A stretch of DNA of 64,000 bases from Adineta vaga (GCA_021613535.1 CP075497.1:13702001-13766000), one strand, 5' to 3'; shown: positions 27,201 to 42,400, numbered from the stretch's first letter. Program-made: numbers and translations. The notes: generated by a model from the letters alone, not told the origin.

Positions 27201-30200
27201 AATAAATACAGCCGACCATTTCGATTGCTATAATACCAATTATCTAAATATTATTTATATTTTCATTATACAAAAATTTTCGTCTGCCTATCGATACTAC
27301 TACGTGAAATAAGCTTACCATTGATATACTCCTTTCGAGGCATTGACTAATCACTTCACTTGAAGAGATATGATATTCATTGAGAAATGTCACTGCTAAT
27401 GACTGAGCACAATCTAATAATTCTGAATATGTTGAAGATTGTTCATCTAATTCAACAGCCAGTTTCTGTGGATTTATCATCGCTTGAAAAACAAATGTAT
27501 GATGAATACAATTCATTGGAGAATATGATATTTGTGTGTTATTCATAGATTGTGTCAGCAATTGTTCATCTGGTAATGTAAAGGATATTTCATTAATTGG
27601 CTTATTGATATGAGTATCGTTAGATGTAAACAATTGATTCAATATGGAATAGAATTGTTGTGCAATCTTATCCACTGTGTCCGCATCAAACAAATCAGTA
27701 GATGCACCGATCGTGCATGAAAGTTCATTTTGATGGACATCATACTCAACGCTAAGAATGAAATCAGATCGACTCATTAGTTCGTGTTCAGTAGCGTTTA
27801 TTGAGTGGGGCATCAACAGGAGTTCACCGTCACCAATGATTACTTTCTTCACTTTATCTCTTGCCATAAGTGATGTAAATGCAAATGACGTCTCGAGAAA
27901 TGCAGGGATTAATATATCAGGATGTTGAGCAAGAATATATTGAAAAGGAAAATAGGAATATTTTGTACTATTGATCATCATATCTTGAATGCGTTCAATA
28001 AATTTAGAGAAAAATGAATGAGGATCAATTCTACATCGTAAAGGAATAACATTGCCAAACATACCAATTATTAATTTCAATTCATCTCTATATCGTCCAT
28101 GCGTGTTCATTCCAATACACAAATCAGTTTCCCCATTCGTTAATTTGAATAAAAAAAGGGAATAAATGGCAAGTGTAAAGTTTTTGACTGACATATTAGT
28201 CAATGACGCATATGTCAGAAAGTGATGGGAGAGATATTGTCCAAAATTAAAAGAAACAGATTTTTCGCTGCCACTTCGGTATTCATTTGAAAGGCGCCGT
28301 CGATCGTATGGTAGCGATAATGATTGATTAAGTTTGTAATTAGAAAGCATGTCAAGCCAAAACATACTTGCACCAGCCATTGGCATTTGTTTTTCTATGA
28401 CAGTGTCTAAATGATGTCGAAAAAAAAGAGTACATGATGAGCGGAAAGTGTAACGAATATATATATTTACAATCAAGATAACGTAGAATAGTATCATCAT
28501 CGTTAGGCAGATGACCTGTTGTATATGCTTGATTAAGATCATTAAGGAATATTTTCATTGATGGAAAATCGAATAAAGCATGATGAAAGTTAAAGATGAT
28601 TACATCCTGATGAGAAAGAATACCATCAGAAGAAATTTGTTTGTAATAAATCAAGTGGCACCGAAAGACAAGGCCTTGCGCAAGGTCAAATAGTTGACTA
28701 TCATGTTTTTCCTTAGTTATTATTTCGTTGAATTGTTCATCGTTCTCGTAAATACTCTGAAGAAATGTAAATAACTGTTTTTTGTTGCCATTGAAATCAA
28801 TAACTCGTTGAATGACTTGATTAGTTTGTTTGTTAAATACCAGTGATGTTCGAAGTGTCTGATGTTTGATAATAATTTGATTGAGAGCATATTCAAGTTG
28901 TTTAGTTGATAATGTATGATTGCATGAAAGTTGATAAATGAATGGTAAATTATTGATCGCTGTATAGTTTTCATCATGATTGAAACGCAATCGTTCATCG
29001 AGCCATATGCGAGATTGACTGCAAGATGCCGGAGCTATAATCGTTAGAAATGAGTTAGCCAGAACTGTATAGAAATATGGTAAGCAAGTTGCGTGAAGAT
29101 AAAAAAACAATGGACTTCACCTAAACTTCTTATAGTTTTGTCCACTGTCGTTTTTTAGTAGTCAGTGTGTTCTTTGTCAAAAATATCAATTCTAACTAAC
29201 GAATTTCGACTGACGAATTCTACGGATACGCCGAAAATCGGACCAAATCTATACCGAATTAAGTCTATTGATTTGGATTGTTTGATCTGAGACAGTTGAC
29301 GAAATCATTGCACAAACTAGGAAAGTTCAATGAGATTTTCATTGAATGGCTCCACATACCGTTACCTCCTTCAGTGATGATCTCTTATTGATTGAAGAAT
29401 TTCTCAGCTTTTGCATTATTCAGTTTAGTTATAAAATAGTATTTTTATATTTGGATTTATGTCATTTCAGCATCGGAAAAAGTTAGTACCTTCAAACACA
29501 CGGATATGCTCAATGGTTCTGGACTCGAAATTTCATTCTTTCAGATCATCAATCGAAAGATATGGTTCATAATAATGGACTCAAAAATGCGGATGGTCAT
29601 CCCATTAAAATGCTTAGGGCGTACCAAAAGCACGAGCAGTGTCAGTCCAATACCGTGTATTAAGCTTTAAGAAACCTTCTTTATATACAATCTGACAGAG
29701 AAAAGAATGCTCTATCTTACACGTATGCGTCACGGTTGTACGAGTGGTAATGAGTATTTTCTGAATGACTTTTGATAAAAACAAGATAAAAATCCATCAA
29801 GTCATATATCCCGCGTTTTTTTCGCCTCGTTTCTTTGAAGTTTTCTGTTTATCGTTTTTAGAATAGACATAGTTGATAAGTTATGTACACTAAATTTTTG
29901 ATTATCAAATATAAAATCGAACTACTAACTGAGAACCTGTGAATTGCGGAAGACCGTCGTGGTTGATACGTAGGGATGTACCGAGACTGTCGGCCCAAGT
30001 GAGGTCGATCTGAAAAAGTGTCAGTTGGGTTCAAAATCAATTTTGGCAACTTTGAGTCATGATCAGTAAAACTTGGATGGACGAGGGCCTTGATACATCC
30101 TAATGATATGTATTTTAATTGGATCTCTGACAGAATTTTTTCGAAAAAGCTGTGAAGATGTTCATTTTATGTTTTTTTCTCTGTTGTAAAAAACCCCTTC

Positions 30201-33200
30201 TCCATTCATTTGAAAATTGAAGAAAAGTAGTTAAAAAATCAATAGTGTGAAAAGCCACCATATATCCCAGGTCAATGAATATGACCTGCATACATGATCG
30301 CACACGACCGTTTACAGCGACGTGTACGATGTTTATTATTTAAGATCGTTTTTTTCATATAAAAGAACATATTCAATAGCAAGTTTGATGTAGAGGTTGA
30401 CCGAAGGGTGATTTGGGTCGAGGAAAATGAATCTCGTGCTAGCTTTTAAGTTTTAGTAATGAACTCGTTGGCTGCGATATCACAAATATACGCGACTGCC
30501 GTTTTACTCTGTAAACGGTCATTTGCGACGGAAGATATTTGACCTGAGATGATTCGATGCATCTTCATTTCCTTTTTCTAAGGCTGAAAACCGCAGTTAC
30601 TTACCTTGTTTTATCAAAAGTTATTCAGAAAATACTCACTACCATTCGTACAACCATGACGCATAAGTATAAGATCGATCTCTTGAAATCTGCTTATTCA
30701 GATATTAGAAGTATGATCAAATAGCATAGAAAGATAGAGCATTCTTTTCTCTATCATATTGTATATAAAGAAGGTTTTTTAAAGCTTAATACACAATACT
30801 GAACTGTTACTGCCCGTGCTTTGGGGATGGTCGAAGAGATAGGCTCTGAAAAAGTTGAGTGTATCGGGCGATGCAGACTGAAAAGCTTTACAAACTACAC
30901 TATAAAGCACAGTGTAATGAAATCGAAAAGGTAAAAATCTATATAAGACTAATGTATAGAAATTCGACGTTTCATCGAATACACTCGTATTGTTTTTCCA
31001 AACAGAGTAGAGTACAAATAAGACAATCTGTCTTATTTAAATTAAAGAGCTTTTCATGACATATCTGACAGCATACTTTGATTTCAACTGGACTCATTAG
31101 ATATCATAATACAATCTACAAAGTGTGATTATTTTATACTATAGTACACAATAGTGCAAAAAATTAGTCTAGTCTTGCTTTGTAACTTCAAAATTTTTCG
31201 TACTAAAGGCAAAGAAAATAAATTCGAAATAATCTATTTCAATATAGTAGTCGATGCTACACTTTTGTACAGAAAACTAATATAAATAACGTCATCGACC
31301 TGAACGAAAAAAGTTCTCTCACATCCTGATAAGGAATAAGACTATCGCTTTTCCAACTGTTTCTAAACCTTACATATTTTTGATGCTATGGTCGTTCACT
31401 AGTTAATAGTCAGTTGATAGTCAGTCGATCAGAAATAGTTCAAATATAATCATACAAGTAGCGCTCGTCACGAGACTCGCTGATCTCTTTCTTGTAGAGA
31501 TTGTGTTTGCAAAATCGACTTATCGTTTGTTCTTCAACCCCGATTATCTTGCGACCAACTTTTATAAAAAAAAGTATTTTTGTTAGAAAATGGTCTTGTG
31601 TCTAAAAATAAACTAACATCAGAATCGCATTGCTCGACTCCTATTATCCTTTAGTTAGACTCTATGTACAGACATTCTTTTTATTTCCATATTTTACTAC
31701 GATTAGTCAGAGAATGCGGACAAATAAGACAGCACGTCAACAGACAATATATGTTTGCTAGACTCTTCTTCACGTGAGAGAGTGTAACAAATTTTCTATT
31801 TTATCATGTAATGCAATCCAGATATAATATTTCTTCAAAACTGAATACTGTAGCTATGAGTGCTAGGTATTATCAGTAGAAATGACCTTACCTTCATGCA
31901 TAACATCTGCTTGTCGACAAAATGTTATTTTCTCGATTTCTTCAGCTTCTTCGGGTAAAATAATAGTAAGTTTGGTAAGAGATAAATTGTTTAAATCAAT
32001 ACCATTGACACTCGAACGGGATGAAAAAATTTGTTCAAAAAGATATTGAAATCTTTGAGAAAGTTTCGTAGCAGTTGTTTCGTAAAACAGATCGTGTGAG
32101 CAGATTAAACGACATGATAGCTTACCATCACTTAATTCTGGATCATAAATAAATTGCAACATAAAGTCAAATTTAGCTACAATTGATGATTTTTGTACTG
32201 GTACTATTCTCAAGCTTGCTTCATTGAAATCTAACTCACTCATTTTCGACAAAATAGTAACGAAGTCAAATGGGGTTTCAAGAAAATGAACTTTTGATTC
32301 GTTTGTATGAAAATCAGTTAGAATACGTTGAAGCGGATAATGAGAATGTTCAAATATTGATACACACTTCTCCTGTACATGTTTAACAAACTCATCAAAT
32401 GACCAATAAGGATTGATTTGCACACGATAGGGTAATGTCGATACAAACATACCAATAAGTTCTTGTAATTCATTTCGATATCGATTCGCATTAATACAGG
32501 AAATACACAAATCGCTTTGATCAGAAGTTAACTTGAACAAAAACGTATAAAAAATAGTTAACCCGAGTTGGTATGGTGTGAGACGATTTGATGAAGCATA
32601 TTCAATAAATGATGTTGAAATATCATTCTGGAAAGAAATTTTAGATAACACTGATAAGCCTGATCGTTGATCATTTGATAAGCGATGTTTATCTATTGGT
32701 AACGATAGTGAACATCCTAGATTATATCCTCGTAACTCTATTTGCCAAAACTTTTGAGACAATGTCATATCCATTACACGTTCATGAATAGAATAGTCTA
32801 TATATTGAAAGGACTTTTCACCATCCAACCACGTTATGTTATTGTTATAAGCAAAGACTAAATCGTTATAAAATATTCGAGAAGACCATCCATCAATAAC
32901 TGCATGATGAATGCCAATGACGAGTACGTCAGAGGTTGTAATCGATGAGTTGTCTTTATTTAAACTAGCAGGATTTTGTTGTCGAAGTATTTGACAATAA
33001 AATACACGTCCACTTGCCAAATCGAAAAGATTCGAATCGAAACTTAGTTTAGAAATGATATCATTAAGTTTAATCTCATTTTCAAAAATCAACTCAGTTT
33101 CCACTGCAAATGCTGAATACTTCTGATTAATAAACTGTGTTAGTACACCATCTTCTCTGTTAAATATTAACGACGTACGCAAAATATTATGTTTGTTTAA

Positions 33201-36200
33201 AACAAATTGAATAGCATTCGATAGACGACTTTTTGATAAAGATCCTGTATATACTTTAAAGATATTTAATTCATTGTAGATAGCTACTTTATTTGAAAAG
33301 CGAACCGGTTCATCAAGAAAGATGCGTTCATGAGCGAATGATGCAATACCTGAAATTTTGAGATAAAATGTTACCACTACCGGTTAAACATTGATGGTAA
33401 AACAACATTACCTGCTATAACATGTAATGTTTGCCATTCTATTGACTTTCTATTATCCATAATAACTTTTTCAAGTAATAATGAATGCTGAGATATAGTG
33501 GGCTCGTCAAGAAAAAGTCCTATCGAGAGTTTTTGTCCATCAAAGCCAAATAATGATTGATAACGATGAAATAGTTGAACAAATAGAAGTGAATGACCGC
33601 CGATACTAAAAAAATTTGTCATTCTTGAAAGTTGCACTTTATCGCAACAGAGAATTTCACACCAGACATTAAGCAGATGTTCTTCCAACTGATTTATCGG
33701 GTTATTCAATTCATTGGACGACGATAATATCAATGATGACCAAATTGGTTTAGGTAAACTTTTCCGATCAATTTTGCCGTTCGCATTCAATGGAAATCTG
33801 TCAAGAATAATGAATATCGACGGAATCATATGTGGTGGAAGATGTGATTGACAATGATCACGAAGTTGTTGTTCATTCACAGATGAACTTTGGACATATG
33901 CAATCAGATAATCATCGTGCCATTTCATCACAACACAAGCTGAGATCGACGAAATGAAGAAAAGACATTGTTCGATTTCACCCAGTTCAATACGTTGACC
34001 ATGCACTTTCACTTGATGATCTTTTCGTCCTCGGTAATGAAGAAGACCATTGCCATCCATATGAACGAGATCTCCTGTTCGATAGAACAACTCATCATCC
34101 ACATAAATCAGTGCTTTTGCACTCAGATCATCACGATGAAGATAGCCAGCGAAGACACCAGCACCACCAACGAACAATTCACCTTCTTCATTCACAATGA
34201 CTGATTGATGGAATTCATCGAATACCAAACATTGATATTGAGGAAGTGGTGAACCAATGGGAACAGTAGTGTAGTCTGTTATTATGCTCACGGTAAACCA
34301 TGTGCATGTGATAGTTGTTTCTGCTGGACCATACGGGTTGTATATGTCATGGACTTGCTTTTCGAATTTTCTTAGAATGTCAATTAGTTTAATAGAAAAG
34401 GCTTCACCTACGAAAAGAAAATATGATCAGATATGCAAAACAGTCGTTCAGGTATCTTCACTTACCACCACTCAACAATGAGCGTAGATGAAATGAAACG
34501 TCGTTTCTTTTGGCGTACTCATCAACATACTTGAAGAAATCAAACAGTAAACTTGGCACTGAGTTCATAAAAGTGATTTGTTTTTCTTGCAAGATTGTCC
34601 TTAAGTAATCAAAATCGAGTGCACCATGTGGATGAAGCATGGCCAACATTCCTCCAATCATGAGAATGCCAAGAATTTCTTGAACATGAGTGTCGAACGA
34701 ACACCGTGCCATTTGTATAACAATATCATTCCCATTCAATAAATAGGTGCTAGTCAGCGATTGAATATAGTTAACGAAATTCCGTTGACGAACTTGAGCC
34801 TAAATACCAAATAATCATACTACCATACTCATAAAAACAAAGAAAAATAACCAACCGCTTTAGGTATTCCAGTTGATCCACTTGTAAAGATGATGTAGGC
34901 GATGTTCTCTGATGAGATCGTCACATTCGATAGTTTGTGAACACCAATATCATCTTTGCTGGAATAGTCATTCGTCAAGATCTCATCAATATTCACAGAC
35001 AGTTCACCACTCTCGATGTCAACAAACTTGTCTGATGTCAGCCAATGAACAAGAACAAGTCGACTGTGTGTTTGTTTAACAAGTGATTGCAAACGATGCT
35101 GAGGATCTCGAGGTGACAACGGACAGTATACACCGCCTACCATTTCGATCGCCATCATACCAATCACCTACAAATCAATCACATCCTTTTTCTTCGATCC
35201 ACTCTCCGATATCACAATCACTCACCATTGTCATACTTCTTTCCACACATTGACAAATAATATCACCCACCACAATACACTTCTCTTCAACAAAATGTAA
35301 TGACACCATCTGAACAGAATGCAACAACTCTGCATATGTCAACGATTGTTCATCGAGTTCAACTGCCACTTTCTGTGGATGTGTCATGACTCGTTCGATG
35401 AATGCATGAGGAATACACTGATCACTAAGAGCAAGAGGAGCATCGGAGAATGGTGTCAGTTGTGTGTTGTTCTGTGCTTGCAGAAGAAGTCGATCATGAG
35501 GTAAAGACAGTGATAATTGAGGGATGGATATGTCTAGTAGATGAGTGCCATTGGAAGATGAAAACAGCCGATGTAACATGAGATGGAATCGTTGAGCTAT
35601 TGTTTGAATCGTTTCACAAGTGAAGAGGTCAAGAGATGCATTGAGGGTACAAGAAAAGTGATTTGTCGTTGGATCATGCATGAAACTAGCTGTGAAATCA
35701 GCTTCACTTGTACACATCTCGAGTGACGAAGATATCAGCAAAAGTCGACTATTTCCAATCGCTGTTTCATGCTGATCCGTTGCATCGACGAGAGAAGTGA
35801 TGAACTCAAATGAGGTGTCGAGGAATGAAGGGTGTGAAAGATGAGGATGTTGATTGAGAATGTGTTGAAGTGGATAATAGGAGTATTTCAATGAGTTTGT
35901 TGCTCTTTCACATACGTGATGGATAAGTTGAGTCAATGACCAATGAACATCTAGTTGACATCGAAGTGGAATGGCATTGGCGAACATTCCAATGATTGAA
36001 TTGAGTTCTGGTCGATATCGACCATGGACATTCGTTCCAATGCAAAGATCGTGTTGTCCATTGGTGATTTTGAAGAGGAAAAGAAAATAGAATGAAAGAA
36101 TGAGATGTTCAAGCGAGATTTGATTTGTTGATGCATAGATGAGAAGTTGATGGGAGAGATGTGAGTCGAAATCAAAAGTGAGAGATGTTCCACGACCACT

Positions 36201-36431
36201 TCGATGTTCATTGGAAAGGCGATGTCGATCGTAGGGCAACGCCAGTGGTTGATGAAGTTGACAATGATGAAGTGTGTCAAGCCAGAAAAGACGTGCACCG
36301 GTCATTGACATTTGCTGTTCGATGACGGCATCTAGGAAGGAGAAATGTGGGGAAAGAAAATGAGCAAAGGAATAGAAGAGAGTGATATTTACAATCGAGA
36401 TAACGAAGAGTAGTAGTAGTAGTAGTATCAT

Positions 36432-36472
<41 letters not shown>

Positions 36473-39400
36473 TGTGAAGAGAGTTGACCTGTGACATATG
36501 CTTGATTGAGATCGTGTAGAAAGATGTCCATTGATGGAAAGTCAAACATTGCATGATGGAAGTTGAAGATAAGCAGATCTTTGTCCGACAAGAGACCATC
36601 AGATGAGATGTGATTGTGATAAACCAGATGACATCGAAAAACAAGTCCTTGAGCTAGATCAAACAGGTGAGGATTTCTCTTTTCTTCGAAGAGAATCTGT
36701 TGAAGTTGTTGATCGGTGTGATAGGTGCTGTTGCAGAAAGAGAAGTGTGGAGTGGGTGTTTTGAGTTGTTGCATGAGTTGCTGTGTGTGAGTGTCGAAGA
36801 TGAGTGCTGTATGAAGGGATGGGTGTTTGTTGATGATGAGTTGGAGTGCAAGCGAAAGTTTGCTGGTTGAGAGAGAATGTTGAGGATGTAGACGATAGAT
36901 GAATGGCATGTTGTAGATCGCCACTTGTGGATTGTCAGGATCGAAACGTACTTTTTCATCAAGCCAAATCCGTGCTTGCGCATATGATGCTGGTGCTATA
37001 GTTGAAAGAAAAGGAATAAGAACAATTCAATGTGATGTTTTTGGTGAGATGATGTTGCGGAATAAACTCATATAAGCATGTACATTAGACATGTAGAAGT
37101 TTTATCGATATTTGCTTGATGTATTAGTTACGATAGATGTTATCAGTCGTTAAAAGCTCCTCATTGTGCAGTTAAGTTGGGGATGATCCAATAAATAAAA
37201 GAAAATTACTCATAGGTAAGTTGAACATTGCATATCGTCGACTTTTGCTCTGAGTATTTTTAAGTATACCATATTTTTTTCACAGAATTGTACATGACTA
37301 TAGTCGTTCTTGTCAGTGGAAGAAACAGTTGAAGTATTCATGGTGAAAAGAACATTGTTTCTCATATTCCTAATAGTCATATATGAGATATTGAGAGTTC
37401 AATTTGAGTATTCAACTGTACTTTTAAGCCACTTAAACATTTGGTTATGTCCATTTCGAAGGAACATGATGATATAAAGCTCAATACGAATGGTGTGCGA
37501 AGAACTCTGTATAGATATATATCGGAATGGTTTTTCACTGTTAGAGAATGTGCTGCTATGCAAAACGTAAGGCTTTCAAGGTTCAAAAATAATTCACACC
37601 AAATTGGAAGTCGTAGGAAGAGCATCTTTTTCCAAAAAGAATGTCATAAAAGTCGATAGAAATTAAAATCAGAATTACTAGTTAGAGAAGGACAAGATTT
37701 TCTCATATTTTCCATCACTTACGGATCGAAACACCTCTGAATTCTCTGGCATAAAAGTACACCAATGGAAAAAAAATATCGAAGTTTGCATGATCTGAGT
37801 ATGATAACATGGAATCTAGCTCATTCGATCGCATTAAACAAGCGTTCGAAATTTCTACAATGTGAGCAGCTAGCCGAAGTAGGATAGAGTAGGATACGTA
37901 CAGTTGATTAACTAAACTCAACTTTTTAGCAATACTGCTATCTGTACCACATTTCCACGGTTGTGACTGGAAAATTTATACTTGAGAGGTACAAAGCTTG
38001 TATCCTATTCAGACTGTTCCTCATTGCATAAGATTAAAACCAATAAATGTATTGCCTATAGTTCAAATCCTTTTTTGCACAGAGATAGAAAAAAACAATT
38101 ATATTGATTGATTTATTATCAATATATGATGTCGTTATTCTTAACATTTGTGTTTTCCTACCTTTTGCACAATATTTCCCAGAATTCATTAAATCTGCTA
38201 AAATCAAGCAAAAGGCTGTTCGCGTGGAAGAATATGTGTTAGCTGATGCAAACAGTAAAGATTTACGTTATATGAAAACTAGATCAGATATCTAATGATG
38301 ATTGACAAACTTTCAGACCGAAAATTTCATACCGTAGGAGATGACGAGAGATGGAGGAATGTATGTGCTTGAAACTTTTCATATATTACTACGACATATT
38401 CTGCCATACATATATGATACAAGACAACTCAGGCTGTGTAGAACTACAAATCCATCTCTTTTCGTACAGATTCCGCTTCAAACCTTTTCCTTTCTAGCGA
38501 GCTGGACTATAAAATCTATCTTTTTTCTTACTGATTGAGATATAAAACTAATATTTTCTCTCAGAGATCCCCTTCTAACTTTATCTTCAGTTCAGTTCGA
38601 AACTGTCTAATCTTAAACACCGATGTCAAATTGCTCATCTCTCGCAAATACACGTACGTTCAGAATAGAGTATGACAGTCTAGCAAAGATCGTATAAAGG
38701 TGAGTGTCTTACTTTCGTGTAAGATATGTATATCTGCGTCAAAACGTAGTAGTCGGTAAATAGTTTAAAACTCGATACTAGGAATTTAATCGAAATTGGG
38801 AAGAAGTTCATCCACCTTCCATTTCTTGCTCGTGCCAACCCTCTTTCAACTATACTTTGCATTTGTGAGAGCGCCTGGGAAAGTATGATGATATTAAATG
38901 ATAGTGAACCATCTGAATAACATTTCAATCAAGTGCTTCCTCTATCTTTGCGAATAGTGTGTACCCTTTCTAAAAACCCTTCCGGGTCCAGGAAAGCATT
39001 ATGGGCCGTTTGGTGAGGTTGGGTGGCACAAACCTCTCTCTGCAGATGTAGAGAAGTACCATAGAACGTCGGTGATCGTAGTTACTATGGGAGCTGAATG
39101 CATAACGAACAAGTAAACAGACAAACAAACGTTCTTCTTTATATATAAAGATTTTTATTCCTGTTTCTATCGATGTGTGTGTGTGTCGAAAGCAAAGATG
39201 TATTTGTAAAACATTTGTTTCCAGATGACAACAAGAATTCAAACACTATCTAGCTAACAGACAAAAAATCTGAACATAATCTTTGTACGCTAAAATGACT
39301 TGTCAAAAGCCACTTCTCACTAACACTAGTTATTACTCAGAAAATAAGATATTAGGTTGGCAACAAAGTTTTTGCGTTTTTTTCAAAAATTTTATTTTTA

Positions 39401-42400
39401 TTTTTTAACTTCAACAGTACAACTAAGTTTCAGTTATATTTGTACCATTAATATCTATGACTTGTCGCCAACGTTCTGGTAAAGACAGGATCCCTCGTTC
39501 GTAGAAGTCCTTTGATTTTTGAACAGAGAAGTCGGCGATATCCATTTTCAGGTCGTTCTCGTCGTCGAATTTTTTCTCACGCAAATGATGAGAAAGAGAA
39601 CGAAACAAATGGTAGTCGGTTGGAGCAATGTCAGGAGAATAAAGTGGATGAGGAAAGGTAATCCATTCGAGATCCATTAATTTTTCACACGTCGATTTAG
39701 CAACATGGGGTCTGGCATTATCATGTAAATAATAAATTCGATCCTGGTTTCCCTTGAGTTTTTTGGCAACCCGGTCCAATTGTTGACAGTAGAGATCAAC
39801 CGTGATTGTACGATCATTTGGAAGAACTTCCCAATGAATAACTCTATTGACACCCCACCAAACGCTCAGCATCACCTTTTTGGGGTGTAGATCAGCCTTA
39901 GGCGTTGCTACATCTGTTTGACCAGGACTTAGCCACTGGCGTCTGTGCGTATGGTTAACATACTACACCCACTTCTCATCACCAGTGATAAGATTGCATA
40001 GCCATTGATAGTTGCGGTAAGATGTCATTAAATCCATACAAGCATCGACCCGGCATTGAAGCTGACGTGCTGATAATTCGTGGGGTATCCAAACTCCATA
40101 TTTCAATGTCTTGCCTAATTCTTTCAAATGTTTTTCCACAGCAGTATGAGAGCACCCAAGCTGCTCTGTTAAACACCGTGAAGTCAATCGAGGATCTTGT
40201 TCGATAAGCTGATTTAAAAGATTCACATCCACTTCCATTGGTCTACCAGATCGAGGTAAATCGTCGAGTTCTAAGTTACCATTCATGAACCGATTGAACC
40301 AATGTTGTGCCGTACGAATAGAGAGTACATCCTTGCCGATCGTGCTGCATACGTTGTTGGCTGCTTCCATTGCTTTATGACCCAGGCGAAATTCATGAAG
40401 TAAAAGCACTCGAATCTCTCTACGAGAAAGATTCATTTTCAGTTCGAGATCAGTGTCCATATCGATGACTTTATTATTATTCGAGAGATAGTCGCACTCC
40501 CTTTATATATCTCTAGTATGGAAACTTCTAGAACTTTCTTGAATGTTTTAGAAAATTTTCAAAAAAACGCAAGAACTTTGTTGCCAACCGAACAGTATCT
40601 CAATGATATCCTATTTCGGAATTCTTCTATCCCGTTTTAAATATAAACAGATGGTAATCCTGCTTTCCACTCTAAGATTATTGGATGACTTTCCTCCTGT
40701 ACTTTCTGACTAAAATGAATCAGAATCATTACCTTCGTTGATCACATTCGATTGACGATTAAACACCGCATCGTTGATTTCATTTCTTTCCTCTGGTAGA
40801 ATAATCTCATATGTCGATATTCGAACATCAGATTCATTCTGCATCTTTGTTCTCTCTTCGGCACCAAACAACTGTTCAAATACATATTGAAATCGTACAC
40901 TCATTTCTCTAACTGTTCTCTCATCAAATAGATCAGATGACGCAATGAATGCACACGATAACTCAACATTGTTCGATGTTGTTGTTGAGTTATAAAGGAA
41001 ATGCAGTGAGAAATCAAACTTAGCCACTTGATCTGATCGTTCCAATGACACTTCTTCCAGTCGTGCTTCGTCCAAACGCAGTTCGTTGTGATCAGATGAA
41101 ACAGTGATAAAATCAAACATTGTCTCAACAAGTGAAACATTCGACTGATTGAGATGATGAAGATCAACAAGCAGATGCTGAAGTGGATAATGAGAATGTG
41201 GCAGAATCGATAGACATTTCTGCTGAACATAGTGAACAAGTTCATCGAAGGAACAGCGAGGATCAAGTTGCAGACGATGAGGTAGCGTCGAAACAAACAT
41301 ACCAATCAAATGTTGTAGTTCAGATCGATATCGATTTGCATTGATTGTTGCAACACACAGATCTGTTTCAAAAGGAGACAATCGAAATAGAAAAAGGTAG
41401 AATGTAGCTAAAGCAAGCTGAAAGAGTGTGAGATGATGTTTGGATGCATAGTTGACAAATGCTGTGCATAGTTGTGGATCAAATTTCATCGACATACATG
41501 CTGCTGAGCCAGATCGCTCACTTATGCTTGATGATGAACGTTGTCGATCGACAGATAACAACAGAGGATGATGATGATGAAAAGTGAAATCTTGCAATTG
41601 CGATAACCAGAACTGTTGAGATGCAGTCAAATCGATGAGACGTTCGTGAACTGAATAATCAATGTATTGAAATGCTTCATTATCATCACTGAGAGGTGGT
41701 GGAGAAGAACTGATTGTTGAATAAGCAAGAGAGAGATCACGAATGAACGGTGATGTCGAGGCGCCATCAAAGAATGCATGATGAACAGTGAACAAAACCA
41801 GATCGCCATTGCTAAAAGTGCTAGTTGATGGACGAGAACGAAGAACATGACAGTTAATCACATGTCCATTCGACAAATCAAACAGATTCAGTTGATTGAT
41901 GATTTTCTTAACAGTTTCGCTTGTTGAACAATCATTATCTTTTAGATCAATGATAGAAAATGTAGATGGTTTGATATTGGAACAATCTTGTAGAAGAACT
42001 CCGTGAATATCGAGATAAAGTGCAGTTCGAAGAATATGATGTTTTGCAATGACACGTTGAAATGCTTGTTGAAGTCGTGAGAATGATGCGTGATGCTGAT
42101 GATTGAGCGATGCGAAACGATACAACAGAGGAACAACATACATATTGTGATTGTTTGTTGGTGATGAAAAACGGATGTGATCATCCAAGAAGATGCGTTC
42201 TTGTGCAAAGGATGCTCGAGCTAGAAGAAAAGCGAACATGTGTTGATAGACTATGTGAGAGGCTCGTGTGTGTCTTACCTTGTGTCAGATGAAGTGAAAA
42301 CCAAGTGGAATCATCTGTTGTGTGTGACATGTCGAGATTCTGTTGAATGACCTGAGCATGATGAAAAATAGTTGGGTTTTGAAAAAGATCGGTGATAGAA

